The notes: generated by a model from the sequence alone, not told the origin. A stretch of DNA of 63,558 nucleotides, filler included, from Octopus bimaculoides (GCF_001194135.2; 6 parts of 6 records of this genome joined end to end with filler, not necessarily neighbours in it); one strand, 5' to 3'; positions 1 to 13,039 are shown, counted from the first letter of the whole stretch. Program-made: numbers and translations.

Positions 1-75
<75 letters not shown>

Positions 76-86
76 TCTCTCTCTCG
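1..86. repeat. (CT)n microsatellite
   Basis: Direct dinucleotide run. Confidence 0.98.
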
Positions 87-813
87 CTGTATTTGTCAAC
101 AAAAACATTTTCTCCTCTTCTAAGTCTTTTATGACAGAGGTTATCTCCTCTGTTGATTCCTACCTTTCTTTCCCTTCCTTCACGTATATCTTGTGACGGA
201 CAGACAGACGGAGATCAGTTTGTCTTTTATGATATAAGATTGCCGTTGCATTGCTCTGAAAGATGTTTAAATTTTTAGCTATTTCAGTATATTATTCATC
301 TGGGGATTATAGTTTGAGCTCAGACTTTTGTTGCATAGTCAAATATCACTTTTTCTTCCTCCTCTTCCTGTAACTAACTCACATGGTACATTACAAGCTA
401 CTGATATAAAAATGTTCTATCAAATATGATTGTGAATGAAGTATTTGAATAACTATTCTCCAGTTAAATAAGATCTGTGATTTCAAACAATCAACTAAAC
501 AATATAAATATCTTTAGTGGACATTTACCTTCACTGAAATGCAAGCAAAATATTTTTTTATTATTTTGATCCTATTAAAGCTTTAATGAATTATAAATGT
601 GGTTGCAGGTGAATCTTTGGAATAGTAAATGAGGAAAGAGTAAAACAGGAAGTGAATGAGAAGAATCTGTCTGTAAAAAGTGTCATTTGTTATTATCAAA
701 ATCTTAAAACTCCGGCTGAGTTATAAAAACCTTAGAGTATTAAAATATAGAATGAATGCATAATTTATTATTTTATGAATAACAGCTTATTTGTTAGCGT
801 GTATTTTAACGTT

Positions 814-857
<44 letters not shown>
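814..857. repeat. (AAAG)n microsatellite
   Basis: Direct tetranucleotide run. Confidence 0.97.
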
Positions 858-1769
858 GGCAAATAATAACACCGAGACTGGCCGAAACTAAAATCATGGA
901 CTGAGAGAATATTTGCCAGCTCTAAATGGCAAAAGCAGGTCGGAGATGGATTGCTTTTATTCTTTTTCAGATTAACTTTTTATCATGTCAAACATTCTGA
1001 ATCCTCATTCCACGTTTGATAAAGTCATGAATGAAAATTAAGAACCACATTGAGTTATATTAATTATAGTGATTGTGTTCACTTTACAGTTTTTTTTTTT
1101 CTAATTGCTCAATTTACACTTTCACTTTATGTACTGAATCAAAAGTTTATTTTTATTCAATTTGATCACCCGCAGAACTGCAAGTGGTTCAACATCTTAA
1201 AAATAGTTATAGGAAAATTCACTTTTACATCTCCGTTTTACTTTTGATATTGATATTTTGATATTTATCTCGTAGATGGTGGTGGGAAATTAATCAATTA
1301 TTTTCTAGGGGTATGGATCATAAAAACGGTTAGGAGCTACAAATAGGAATTACATACAGGGTTATCAGTGGTTTCGTGCTGAATCAAACTAAACTTAAAG
1401 CAGGTCAGATAAGTCTATTTTCTGTCCGCGGAAAGAAAGAAAAAGATATCTTCTTATACATACCACGACACTGTGATGGCTCTAATGGTTGTTTCCTAGC
1501 TCTACACTACACACATATATTCATATTTGTTTTACAAAGTATCTGTAATCGCATTTTCACTTCCGTAAAGGTTCATGAAACTTGGATGGTATATATGAGT
1601 TGTTTCCTCTTTGACTGTCTCAAGTGTTAGTTAAGGAGACTGGGAAAATATTTTGTTGAAATTCGAAGAGACAAAAATATGCAGAATCAAGAGATATCTA
1701 TACATCCACAAGAGAGGGATGGGATTGTAATATATGTGAAGGAAGGATTTAGACTTCTTCCTTTGTGTT

Positions 1770-2570
1770 ACATTTGATTAAACCACTAATTAACATGAAG
1801 TATTCAAAACACCCAATGAAATATTCATTTATGTTAACGTAGAATAAAACCACCAACACGTAGAATAAGAATCACCATAAGATTTGTAAAATGACTTTTA
1901 GTCTGTCTTCAGATAAAGAAATATTCAATAAAATAGTCTCTACTGCAATAACACATTATTAACTAACAAATTCAAAGAAAAAGTTACCAGTTCACCTTGT
2001 TCCCAGCTTCTAAGTTATTAAACAGTGCTCAAACACCATAAAGTTAGCATATCCCTTTTCACTCAATGTTCAATCCGATTTTGCAAAAGCACTGGGCAAA
2101 CAAATCCCTGCCAACTACAGGTACAAGAAACCCTTTAACAGATATTCTTCGCCAACTACAGATACACGAATCCTTTTAACTCACCAAAAATGCTGAAGCG
2201 AAATGATCATGCAAAAGCATCAAGATATTCTCACTACGTATATTCTGCAACGCACAATGCTATAATTTATAAAATTAAGTAGTCACTTCTGTAGAGCCAT
2301 CTTGAACGTGGCACGTAAGCGATACGCCGACAAGACAGGAGGAAAATTTAAGCACAAATTCTATAATCACTCATCATCCTTTAGATGTAAAGAAAAACAG
2401 GACAGAAAATAAAACGACAACATCTGGCGATTGAAAACAAAAAGTTTCATATCATCGAAAGAGTTAAACCCTACAAAAATTGGGAAACGACAATAATTAT
2501 GCATAGCAGAAGCAAAACAAATTTAAAACATACATAGTTAAAGATACTTTTTAACAAATGCAGATATTGT
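1770..2570 (+). mobile_element. Decayed Penelope-like element: RT C-terminal region and GIY-YIG endonuclease remnant
   Basis: Broken frames read SSDKEIFN, IIYKIK, KTGGKFKHKFYNHSSSFR, IWRLK, IIERVKPY and CIAEAK. These match the order of Penelope-type (Naiad/Nematis-like) GIY-YIG motifs. Many stops and frameshifts; boundaries approximate. Confidence 0.7.
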
Positions 2571-3479
2571 TCCAGGACAGGGAAACATCACAGCCATCGA
2601 TCAAACTCCATATAATGCATGGGTATTTGAAATTCCTTTCCATTAGATTTGTGGTAATACTTTGTTTTACCTTCCTCTCACTTCTCTTCTGAATTTATTC
2701 TTCGAACTCACATTCACATATGAATGAGGCATCATCTTTAATTCTGCCTAACATACTTAATCTTTTTCAATTTTGTTAGTATCAATGGCAATAAAAGGTA
2801 AACAACCTACCATCACCATTTAGGATTTATAGAACTTGTCGAAAACTAACGTTAATAAAAAAATTTCTTCAAATTTTCATCAAATTTCCTGTTTTCTCAA
2901 ATTTTCTATTTTCTCAAAACTCGAGGCTTGTGTAAAAACATCACTTGCAAATTGCTTATAAAAGGGAATGTAAAACTAATATATGTACTAATATATGTGT
3001 GTATATATGTATGGACTATGTGTATCTGCACGCATGCATGTATATATGAATGTGTAAACGTGTGTGGACCTCTGTAAGAGCAGCTTAAAACAGAAATAAA
3101 ACAGAACCCAACATAGCAATTAATCAGTTCTTTGTTTTTTTTTTCACATCTTCAATACAGAACGCACGTGCATCTGGATGTAGGTGAGTTTATATGTATG
3201 TATGCATGAGTGTATGTATGTATGATAGTTATTCAATTTTATTTCTAGATTTCTTGCCCATAGAGAAAGAGCTGGTTTCTAACCAAGATCCAAGATTCCT
3301 TCGTTGAAATTTTAAACAAGATATTTGTGCATGTTTGTGTATATATGCGCAATATTTGTAGTCAGTGCAGATGCATATTTATATGTTTTGTATTATGCAC
3401 GTATTCGCATGCATATAGTTACATGTCTTGACTTGCGCATATATGCTTAAATGCTAAACGTCTGGTAAGTTTTACAGAT

Positions 3480-5150
3480 TTTAACAGTTCCATTGGTGGC
3501 TTGAATCTGTAATCTTCTAATTAGCTTTCTCTTTTCTGGTTTTGAGATGCTTAATTTCTCAATAATAGTGCTTAGGCAGTTAGTTACTTATCCTTATGCC
3601 CCAATAATTACAGGCATAAACCTGAATTTGTAATCCAGGTAGAGTAGCCGTAAATTTTTTGATAGTTTAGCGTTGGTTTTTTTTCTATTTTGCTGATTTA
3701 GCTTTATGTTGATATCCGCTGGACAACTGATTTCCACTAATGTACATAGTTTCTCTTCTCTGTCCCAAGTCACTATGTCTGGTATATTTTGTTTACATTT
3801 TATTGAGGTCTTCACTGGGACATTCCACCAGTACTTTTTCATATTATGAGTGGTTCTGGCCTCTGTCACACTGCGCGTTTTTCTCGCTTTTGCCTCATGA
3901 ATATCCTTCCGACGGATCTCATTGTGCAGTGTCTTAGTTATAACATCATGTTTCATCGGTAGACAATTATGCGATGACATTTTCGGACAACTGTTTCTGA
4001 TGTGGATGTTAGTCTTCAGTGTTAACTCTACAAAGTCTGCATCAGTTATCACATTTTGGTGTTTTTCCTGCGTCTCTGCCCCTTTTGTGCATCAGGTTTT
4101 TGGCTATTTCTTGTTCCTGCATTGCAAACGCATACCCTTCCAAGTGAAAGTTAGTAATTCGGTTGTTGGTCCAAGATAGATTGCTTTGATTATCAATGTT
4201 AAAGTCATCCTGGAGCCTTCTATCAACATATCCATGCCTGGTCTTCTGCTGATATGTACTTATCCTTTCATCTGATGATATGTTGCAGCAAAGTTGTACG
4301 ACTTCTTTAGGCTTGTATTCAAAGTTATCAGAAAAGGAATGTTGCTCGAGGAGCTGCTTTCCAAGTCTCGTGATGTTATCTGCCTCGCGTATGCAAACTC
4401 GGTCAACAGATTATTCACTTCCACACTTGGTAATCGAAAAATGTTGCCGAATAGATATAATGTGACATTTAAAGACATTTAAAGCCTCTATCTCCTTCTT
4501 TTCATTTTAGATAGAGGCAGTCTATACCACTATGGCTTGTAACTCATCAAACGTCCAATCAAGTAGCCCAAATGATGGTATGTGTGCTGGTACTGCAAAC
4601 ATATTGTCGGCCACTGTTCTATTGAATGCAGAGAGTTCCGAGACCCGTATTTTTTTTATTCGGTTGTAATATTCTTTATTGACACGTGTCTTGCTACAAG
4701 TACCATCGTAAGATATGTTTTCATTTATCTCTAGATAACTGTAATATTTCTGATCAGATATAGGAGAAACAGTTACATCACTGATGAAGATGTTGCTAGT
4801 CTGGTTTACAGTTTTCCTCTTTTCACAACCATATAGCAACATTTATCCTGACCAAACTCCGGTCATCCATATGATTATGTCCTTTGATGAGCCGTCGGTG
4901 TCTAGGAGGTATATTCTTGGTCTTGCTATGCAAAGGCCTTCGAGATCTTGAGAGCCTATGTAGGTATTACATCTATTCATGATCTGACTCATAGCGAGTG
5001 GATACAGTATATAGCCAAAGTAATAGAACAGCGTCAAGCAAAGTGGTCTCAAGCTAACAAGAGGGAGAAGAGTGATGCCTGTTTGAAAAGGATGTTGACT
5101 ACATCTTAGAAACAACTGTCAAGTGCGATTCCGATCGTCGCCTCTAGACA
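3480..5150 (-). mobile_element. Decayed R4/NeSL/Dong-type non-LTR retrotransposon (RT plus restriction-like endonuclease)
   Basis: ORF pieces: RT (YYSYLEINENISYDG...KEYYNRIKKI, FQTG), zinc-knuckle remnant (HIRNSCPK...HDVI) and RLE domain (YWWNVPVKT...PDIVTWD...LVEISCPAD...PVIIGA). Confidence 0.9.
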
Positions 5151-5479
5151 ATGACCACCATTATCATTAGTCTAGCAAATCACAGAAGAAAACCGTTAAA
5201 CCACATTACATAAATGATAATGAAGGTGGCAGTTCATAGAGGCGAAATATTCTCCGCAAGATCATGACATTGAGGAAAACTGAGTGATATAACTGAGTGG
5301 TATAACTGAGTGATTGTACAAAACTGAGTGAATGTGCATACAACTCAAATATAAATCGCGTTTACTTTAGTAAATATGTATTTGTTCCTCAAATATTGTT
5401 TGTACGCGATAGCGATTTCACTGACCCGACCTTGGTGCTTTACCAAGGACCTGATTCGCTTGAATCCTGAACTTATATT

Positions 5480-5557
5480 TAGATAGATAGATAGATGGAG
5501 AGATAGATAGATATATACATAGAGAGAGAGGTTAGACAGAGAGACAGACAGACAGAC

Positions 5558-5622
<65 letters not shown>
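5480..5622. repeat. (AGAT)n/(AGAC)n compound microsatellite
   Basis: Direct tetranucleotide runs. Confidence 0.97.
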
Positions 5623-5706
5623 CATTTCTTTTATTAGCCACACAGGGCTCAACGAAGATGGGACAAATACAATGTAGAGCTTTTCTTTTTAGGAGGGGGA
5701 AAGGAA
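5623..5706 (-). mobile_element. Retroelement 3' tail fragment (…GTCCCATCTTCGTTGAGCCCTGTGTGGCTAATAAAAGAAAT)
   Basis: Similar to the 3' end downstream of the L1/Tx1 fragment at 25936-25991. Followed on the minus strand by (ATCT)n. Confidence 0.55.
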
Positions 5707-5806
5707 NNNNNNNNNNNNNNNNNNNNNNNNNNNNNNNNNNNNNNNNNNNNTTAATTAATTAANNNNNNNNNNNNNNNNNNNNNNNNNNNNNNNNNNNNNN
5801 NNNNNN
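5707..5806. other. Artificial scaffold-joining spacer (44 N + TTAATTAATTAA + 44 N)
   Basis: The 12-mer has stops in all six frames. The same 100-nt structure recurs five times. Confidence 0.97.
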
Positions 5807-6210
5807 TTCTTTTCATTATATGTTTTTGGTAATTTCTGGTGGGGAGGCTTTGGTCATGTGCTGCAATTAAAAATCCTTCAGTCTCTGCTTTGAGTCCTGA
5901 GTTTCTCAACCATAGCTGGGATTTTTCTCTGTCTATTTCTTTTGCATTTAGTTTAGCCCAGTATTTGCCATGAAGGGACTTTTTTGCCATCGTTTTATTA
6001 TGGTCCGTTGCTGTTCTAGTTTTAGTTTGGATTTCATTTGTTTTATAGCTTTTGTTGTTTCTTCTTCTTCTTCATATTTGTTAAGTAGTATGATTTCTTG
6101 TTTGTATTTGTCAGCTTCCTTAAATACTGAAAACAGTTTTTTGTTTTGCTCGTGTTTTGTGGCTATTTCTATTAGTTTTCTTTACTTCTGAAGTAGGTAT
6201 TTCTTAATGT
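5807..6210 (-). mobile_element. R4/Dong-type non-LTR fragment (post-RT region)
   Basis: LHGKYWAKLNAKEIDREKSQLWLRNSGLKAETEGFLIAAHDQSLPTRNYQ is the typical 'LK.ETEG.I.AAQDQ.L.T' region. Near-identical to 53660-53920. Confidence 0.9.
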
Positions 6211-7165
6211 TTTTCAAAGCTCTTGAAAACTGCTTCTAATGCTCCAATTACTACCGATATCACCATTACTTTCCTCCTGCCCCATAAATTTCCGATCTCG
6301 TCCCACAGTGGCTGGTATTTCTTAATTTCTGTTTCCTTCCATTCACCCTTGAATCGCCTGGTATTGCAACATCTATTATCTTTGCTTCTTTTTCATCTTT
6401 ATGGATGATCACGATATCTGGCCGTCTCGCGTCTATGACTTGGTCGCACTGTATGTTAAAATCCCAGAGTATTTTGTGATGTTCATTTTCCATTACTCCC
6501 TCCGGCTTGTGTTCATACTATTGTTCGGCTCTCTCGAGGTTTGCTTTACCGCACAACAGCCAGTGGACATATCTGGCCATATTGTCGTATCTCCTTTTGT
6601 ATTCGCGTTGTGCGAGCTTATAGCACTCATACCAAAGGCGAGTCAGTGCTTTTATCAATGTGATATTTGGAGTAGTTTTCTGAGAGCTTGCTCTTGAGCA
6701 CTGTGCACTAATGTCTCAGTGGGCCCTTTTAAGCCTCCTTTCTGCAGCCATTGCCAGGTTCAAATTAATCTCATCTTTATTCTTCAAGAATTGACTGTGC
6801 ATTTTCTTGTCCTGTCAAATTTTCTTCATTTGCTCTCTCTGGTCTTTCTTAAATCGTGTTGGATCTACGGCTTCGTTCACTTTTAAGGCTCCCTGCATTT
6901 TCATTGCTTCAATCACTTCTTCTTTACTCTGCTTGACATACCAAGCCTTGCTGTTGTCCTCTTTCCTTACACAACCTTCACAACACACCAATCCCCGTCC
7001 TCCTTCTTTCCTGTTTACATACAATCTTGACACATCACTCTTGGGGTGTAGTTCCTTGTTCATTGTCATTAATTTACGTGTTCTCTGGTCTATCTCTTGT
7101 AATTCATTCTTCTTCCAAGATATTATTCCTGCCCCATATCTCATCAAAGCAACCGTCCACGTGTT
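6210..7165 (-). mobile_element. 5'-truncated R4/Dong-type non-LTR retrotransposon (RT thumb to RLE domain)
   Basis: LHPKSDVSRLYVNRKEGGRGL (thumb), KILWDFNIQCDQVIDARRPDIVII...IIDVAIPGD (RLE PD-D motif) and VVIGALEAV. Confidence 0.92.
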
Positions 7166-7222
7166 AATTGACGGTCATCATATCGAATATTATTATTATT
7201 ATTATTGGGAGGGGGAACAGGC

Positions 7223-7261
<39 letters not shown>

Positions 7262-7504
7262 TAGGAAAGCTTGGAGAGTATTTGTGGACGGTTGAGTGAA
7301 TTGATCTTGCTCAAAGGGGTATGGAACCAACATGATGCAGCGGGGGTAAACCAGCATATAATGTCGAGCTGATATTCGGGGTTGCGTTCTATGCCTTAAT
7401 CCAATCATAGGACGAGGCTCGCCTCTTTGATCTGGGAAATAAATGGAATGCCTGGTATGTGTCTTGTGGCTACCCCCTCTTAAAAAGATGGGGAATAGGC
7501 CTAG

Positions 7505-7509
7505 GTATA

Positions 7510-7563
<54 letters not shown>

Positions 7564-7568
7564 TACTA
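7505..7568. repeat. (ATT)n microsatellite
   Basis: Direct trinucleotide run. Confidence 0.97.
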
Positions 7569-7631
7569 CTTAATAAATCGTATGGTAAATCATGTTCACT
7601 GGCTCAATGTTCGTTGGGTATTTGATTAATG

Positions 7632-7800
7632 AGAGAGACGGAAGATGGAGGATACGAAAATCTTTATTGATCATTTTCATCGATCCCTTGCGGATGTGAT
7701 ACTGAACATCTGGTTTAGGTGTACCCGTTGATGTAGATGAGTTTCCTCGGGTAATTTCAAGAGGCGCCTTGTTAAAATAATATGTTTCTCAAGATTTCTT
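7632..7800 (+). repeat. Copy B of unrecognised 'MED/NIDPSRV' repeat (about 20-nt internal deletion)
   Basis: Aligns by eye to 17705-17890 and to the reverse complement of 9017-9159. Confidence 0.8.
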
Positions 7801-8479
7801 TTTAGTCTTCGTATATATAAATAGCAAATTAATGTATATAGCTACATACTTATAGAAGATCCTAACAATAATCAGATACAAAAACAAACAAATACACAAT
7901 ACAGTGAAAAACTATTAGGTATAACCATTAGTAGATATGGATGTATAAACGCCTACATATACATGGTCTGATGCATGTACACTCGCTCATACAAACGCAC
8001 AGACACATACAAGCACACACACGTAATTTAGCGCACATACGCTCGCACACAGAATTATGTAGATATTAATAAAGTCATTACCTATTACTTGCTAGTGATA
8101 GGACTCCGCTTGGTGAGGAGTCACAGATTCTCTTGTGCGGTTCAGTGGGTCTGGATGGTAGTCATAAATACGGACATAAATACTGACATAGTAGATGTGC
8201 ATTTTTTAATGACTAATGAAACAACCGATAACGTGTAGAAAGCACCAATGCCATGGTTTGGCTCATCAGTGTAGATAGACGTAGGTCTTTTGCATTTTCA
8301 TCCCACGTTGAGCGATACATAGTGAGAGACTCAAATTGGTATTTTTCTCATTTTAAGCGGTATACAATGGCCAGGAGGTATCCAAGTGATGTTGGTAACT
8401 AGTGTGGCATTGTGTTTTAAAGAACGGGGTGGTTGCAGTTATCGTGGTTATTCATTCATGTAAAGTGTCGCTATTAGTT

Positions 8480-9005
8480 TAGTCAACGATTACCTTAATT
8501 CATGCCCACTGTATTGTGCGAAGTGCATTTAGTAGCATGCAATTATCTTGATAATCTTTCAGAAATCCTATTAATGAACTTCTCATTGATCCACAAAATG
8601 GACGGGGATTCCTCAGAGCACAGACTGCATCTCCTGGAAAAAGACATTGTACAGTTGTGCATGTCTTATTATGGACTAAGTGAGATCATAGTTAATTTTA
8701 TCCTCCTTAGGTTGCTAAACAAAATCAGCCAAAGATGTCGAGTGCCTCTTCTTGATTTTATTGAAGCTGGCGACATAGTTTCGATATTGGTTCTTGAAGG
8801 AATCAGCGGTTGCACCAATGTAAACGTAGGATCCTCCTCTTGTGCGTACGGCGTACATAAGTACTACGTTGGCTCTCATATAGAGGTTCATCAATGGGCA
8901 ATATGGTTTTTTTCTCTGCATGAGCATTTATTAGATTTAGTTGCATTTGTAGCTCTGCTGATCTCATTTTCTGGTACTGTAAGCGCGTTGACTACATCGT
9001 TAATT
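8480..9005 (-). mobile_element. Decayed Penelope-like GIY-YIG endonuclease fragment
   Basis: KCSCREK..CPL, ANVVLMYAV...YVYIGATADSFKNQYRNYVASFNKIKKRHSTSLADFV, and downstream RCSLCSEE. Confidence 0.85.
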
Positions 9006-9016
9006 TTGTTATTCAA

Positions 9017-9159
9017 ATCACATAAGGAGACACATCTGCACTGACGGATACACCCAAACCAGATGTTCAGTATCTAACTCGCGAGGGATCGATGTTAGCT
9101 GGGTCGAATCAATTGTAGTGATCAATAATGTTTCTCGTATCTTCCATCTTACGTCTCTC
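9017..9159 (-). repeat. Copy C of unrecognised 'MED/NIDPSRV' repeat (two in-frame stops)
   Basis: Ungapped 143-nt alignment to 17705-17847 with 35 mismatches by manual count. Confidence 0.85.
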
Positions 9160-9269
9160 TCTCTCAGGTGTGTGTGTATGCGCGCGCGCGTGCGTGTGTG
9201 TGTGTGTGTGTGTTTGTGTGGGTGTGTGTGTGTGAATACATGTAAATATGTTGAATACATGTAAATATA

Positions 9270-9830
9270 GGCAACCTGCTGGAGCTGGTTGTTGTAGTCA
9301 CTCTTGACTGTGTTCTCTGCGACTTCTGTAGGGGCATAGGCAACGATGATAATCATCTCCCTGTGCCTGTGGAGAAACGGGTGGACAGCAAACGATTACT
9401 CACCGGATTCCAGCCGATGAATGACTTGCGGACGCGCTTGGGCATGACCATTGCTACGCAGCAGAAGCCACTCCGCTTCATGGGGAGGTTCCAGAAGAGG
9501 CAGTGGTCACTCGCGATGGATTCGCTACTGCTAGACCAGCGAGTCTCGCAAAGTCCTGCCAAGGTGATGTAGCGGGATAGCTCTCGGGACTGAAGAGTAG
9601 CTGTCTCGGAGCGAATAAGCGACAGAGCATTCCATGTAGCAACACGAATTTTGGAGCGTAATTTGATTTCTCGTTGGTCGGGAGAATGCAGGGGTCCGTA
9701 CCGATGTTGGACAGTCTGGGTTTTTTCTGGTTGATGTTGTAACAGGTTGAAAATTCTTCTGGGCGGGTTATTGATACTCCGCAAAATAGTAGAACGGTGG
9801 GCTGCCACCTTGGCAACTAGCCGACGCGCC
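9270..9830 (-). mobile_element. RTE-clade LINE, N-terminal half of APE endonuclease (inverted segment)
   Basis: IRVATWNALSL...LAGLCETRW...GWNPVSNRLLSTRF...IIVAYAPTEVAE are canonical APE motifs. Confidence 0.88.
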
Positions 9831-9979
9831 GTGGGTCACCGTTACTCTGCAAACTCCCCAGGAGATCGGCCCATTTGGGGTAACCCTACAGGAGCGAAGC
9901 ACCAGACAGTAACACTCACTCAGATCTAGAAAATATGCAAGCCTCGTCACCACGACAAGGCTAGACGCAGGAGGGTTTA

Positions 9980-12335
9980 AGGTATATGCCCCTACAGACG
10001 TCGCAGAGAGAAAAATCAACAACAATTACCACGACCAGTTCCAACAGGTTTTAGGGCAAATCCTACCCATGACATCACGATCATCCTGAGAGACACCAAA
10101 GATACCATCTCTTCCGCCAGGATCCCTTCAACCGACCTTCTCCAGACTCAACCTATTGGCACAACCGCTACAACAATCGCTATATCACCGACACCTGCGT
10201 CCCCAGAAAACTTATCCATCACTGGACGTGGAACAGTCTGGACGGCTACACTCAGAAGGCGATCGACCACATCATCATCTCCCACCGCTGGAGATCATTT
10301 GTCACTAACTGCCAGGTCTACAGTTGCTGGCTGTGATACATATGTTGTAGTTGCAAGTGGACTCCGCCACTCAGTGGACCCTGACTCATCCTGTCTCCGT
10401 GATATCACCAATTACTTCAGCGCTCTGTCCGAGAATGAGACGGACAACTGGGAGGTCTTCAAACCAAACATCAACCAGTCTGCATGGGATTTCCTAGTAA
10501 ATTCAATACCTCTACCCAAGCGAACTTGGATCTCACTGCGGGCGCTAGAAATAATCAATTGCCGCCGCAATACTCATCTGCGTAGAGACATGAATGAGTA
10601 CCTCCAGCTCAACCGGATACGCAACAATGCCATCTCAGATGACCGGGAAAAGTTCTGGGTGGAAGAAGCCGAGGGCTTGGATGCAGCAGCAAGGAACAAC
10701 GACATCAGCTAGGTATTCAACACACTCCGCAGAACACGTGCCAGTCTCCAGTTCAAGACAGCCCTGGTGAAGGATACCAATGGCAATGTCATCACCATGG
10801 AAACCACCTGCCTCGTACGCTGGAAGGAGCACTTCAGCTTCCTTCTTCATCACCAACGTGTCTCAGTCGATTCAGGCCTAACAAGCACTAAAAAGCCGCA
10901 ACCACAACACTTGCAGGCTCGACCCTGTTACCCCCAATGAACTCAGCACCTCCGTGAAGAAGCTCAACAACTACAAAGCCCCTGGAATCTGTACTATCAC
11001 CGCAGAGATGTTGAAGGCTGGTGGAGAAAACATGATCCACTGGTTCACTCGCATTATCAACCATGTATGGGTGTCAGAGCGGCTCCCGAATGACTGAACA
11101 AACACAGAGCATCATCCCCACTTCTGGAAACGGAAGAGGAACAAACTTGTCTACCAGAGGGACATCATGCTCCTCTCCATCCCGGGAAAACTCTTCACCA
11201 GGATCTTCCTCAGCTGTACTCTTCCTGCCATTAGAAGCAGACGCGACCCACAATAAGTGGATTCATACCGATACGATCTACTGCAGACCATATTTTTGCG
11301 CTTCGTCTCATCATTGAAAATTCTCAGGAGTTCCACAAAGATCGCCACCTTTACACCGCCTTCGTCGACCTCAATGCAGTTTTTGACAGGTCGACCACGC
11401 ATCCCTCTGAGAAATTCTCCTGTTCGTCGGCACGCCTCCCAGGATTACCCCGCTGTTCCAACGGATCTATGGCAGCACTGAGATCTGCGTGCGGGTAAAC
11501 AGGAAGGATTGATTGGCTCCCCATCAACAGCGCGGTCAGACAGGGCTGCGTAGGTACGCACTGACAATATACAGGGAAAGATCGGTAAAGCTAGGCTTTC
11601 AGGTGAGCTGGGTGAAGTCGAAGCTGATGCAGGTTGGAGATGGCCCAGATCCTCCCTGTCTCCATATTAGCCCCGATGTCGTGGAGTTTGTAGCTCCTTC
11701 ATCTACCTGGGCTCCATAGTCACCAACAATGGATACCTGACACGGGAGATCAACCGCAGATGTTGTCTGGTTGTCGGAGTCATGTACTCCCTATGGAAGC
11801 CTCTTTGGTGACACTGCTTTATCTCCTGGAGGAAAGTTCCGCATCTACAACTCATCGCGCCTCTCTATTCTCCTTTATGGATCAGAAACGTGCCCCACCT
11901 TCCTTAAAGACCCTGGCACAGAGGATCGACGGCTTCGATAGCAGAGCCCTGAGAACCATAGAGAGCATCAGACGGTCCCATCACGTTTCCAACAAGGAAC
12001 TGCGTGCGCGCACGTATCAGTCTGAAACCTCCCATCTCATAGCTAACCATCGCATTCGCTGGTACAGACATGTCCTCCGTCTCCCGCTCGATCATCCTAC
12101 CAGGGTTTTACTCTCATTCGATGCAGCAGCTGCAGGTGGAAGAGGCCTCGTGACAGGCCCAACATAGGTGGTTAGACGTGATTGGGGAAGATCTCCAGTA
12201 GCTCAACATCACTTGGAGGATACTTGGTGGCACGGAATCGCCAGCGATGAAGAGCACTGGTGGACCTGATCGGTTCTACGCACGATGATGTCTCTGGGAC
12301 CACTAACCTGGGATGACCCCCAGTGTCATCAAGCA
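9980..12335 (+). mobile_element. Decayed RTE-clade LINE (APE C-terminal half, RT, 3' end with microsatellite tail)
   Basis: YAPTDVAE, DGYTQKAIDHIII (APE); KAPGICTITAEMLKAGG, STADHIFALRLIIE, AFVDL (RT); YLGSIV, LLYGSETC, IRWYRHVLR. Frameshifts and an internal RT deletion. Confidence 0.92.
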
Positions 12336-12339
12336 AGAG

Positions 12340-12355
12340 AATGAAGCAAGCAAGC

Positions 12356-12411
<56 letters not shown>

Positions 12412-12430
12412 GTGTGTGCATATGCGTGCA

Positions 12431-12467
<37 letters not shown>

Positions 12468-12585
12468 ATGTATGTGTTTGTGTGCATGCGTGCGTGCATG
12501 TGTGTGTGTCTGTGTATGTTTGTGTATTTGTGTGTGTGTGTATGTATGTATGTATGTATGTATGTATGTATGTATGTATGTATAT
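12340..12585. repeat. Compound microsatellite (AGCA/AGAT/TG/TATG)
   Basis: Direct runs. Confidence 0.96.
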
Positions 12586-13039
12586 CAGTGGTGAAGGGTA
12601 ACATGAAAGCCAGAGCATGTAACCCATGATGCAAACCAATCGCCAAGGCAGAAAGTGGGCAGTTGAGCCTTACTCTCCCCCTCGCCAAAAGTTATTCACA
12701 CACTCCATCTGTGAATGTGATATAAACTAATTTTAATATGAGAGAATGCACTTCTACCAACAAGCTAGTCTCAGGCTTGATACTCCTCTCTACTGGACTT
12801 GATGTTCCTCCATTAACAATACCCTGGTGATAGGCCTACCATGATGACCGTTATTGACTACAAAACAAATCTGAGAAAATAATAGAACCTACAGATAATT
12901 CATTTGTAAATCAGTTCAATTTTTCGTTTCTTTTCGGTAAATTCATCGATCACGCTCTACCTTCATCTCCTTCAAAAGTTCTTTATTCATTGAAATGAAA
13001 ACCAAATTATTCAATCCAATCTCACTTCACTTTGAAAAC

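Noticed and set aside
2721-2752. Hammerhead-like TGAATGA-GGCA...TGCC-TAAC downstream of a Penelope fragment
   Set aside because: Both conserved core segments are broken (no CTGA, no GAAA) and helices I and III cannot be built.
5280-5332. Short AACTGAGTG repeats, and similarly ATGATTTCATCAC x3 at 44778-44815, as CRISPR-like arrays
   Set aside because: They are simple tandem repeats without unique spacers, in a eukaryotic context with no cas genes.
8238-8275. CTGATGAG plus a CCAA/TTGG stem on the minus strand near the GIY-YIG fragment
   Set aside because: GAAA does not follow helix II; at best a dead relic.
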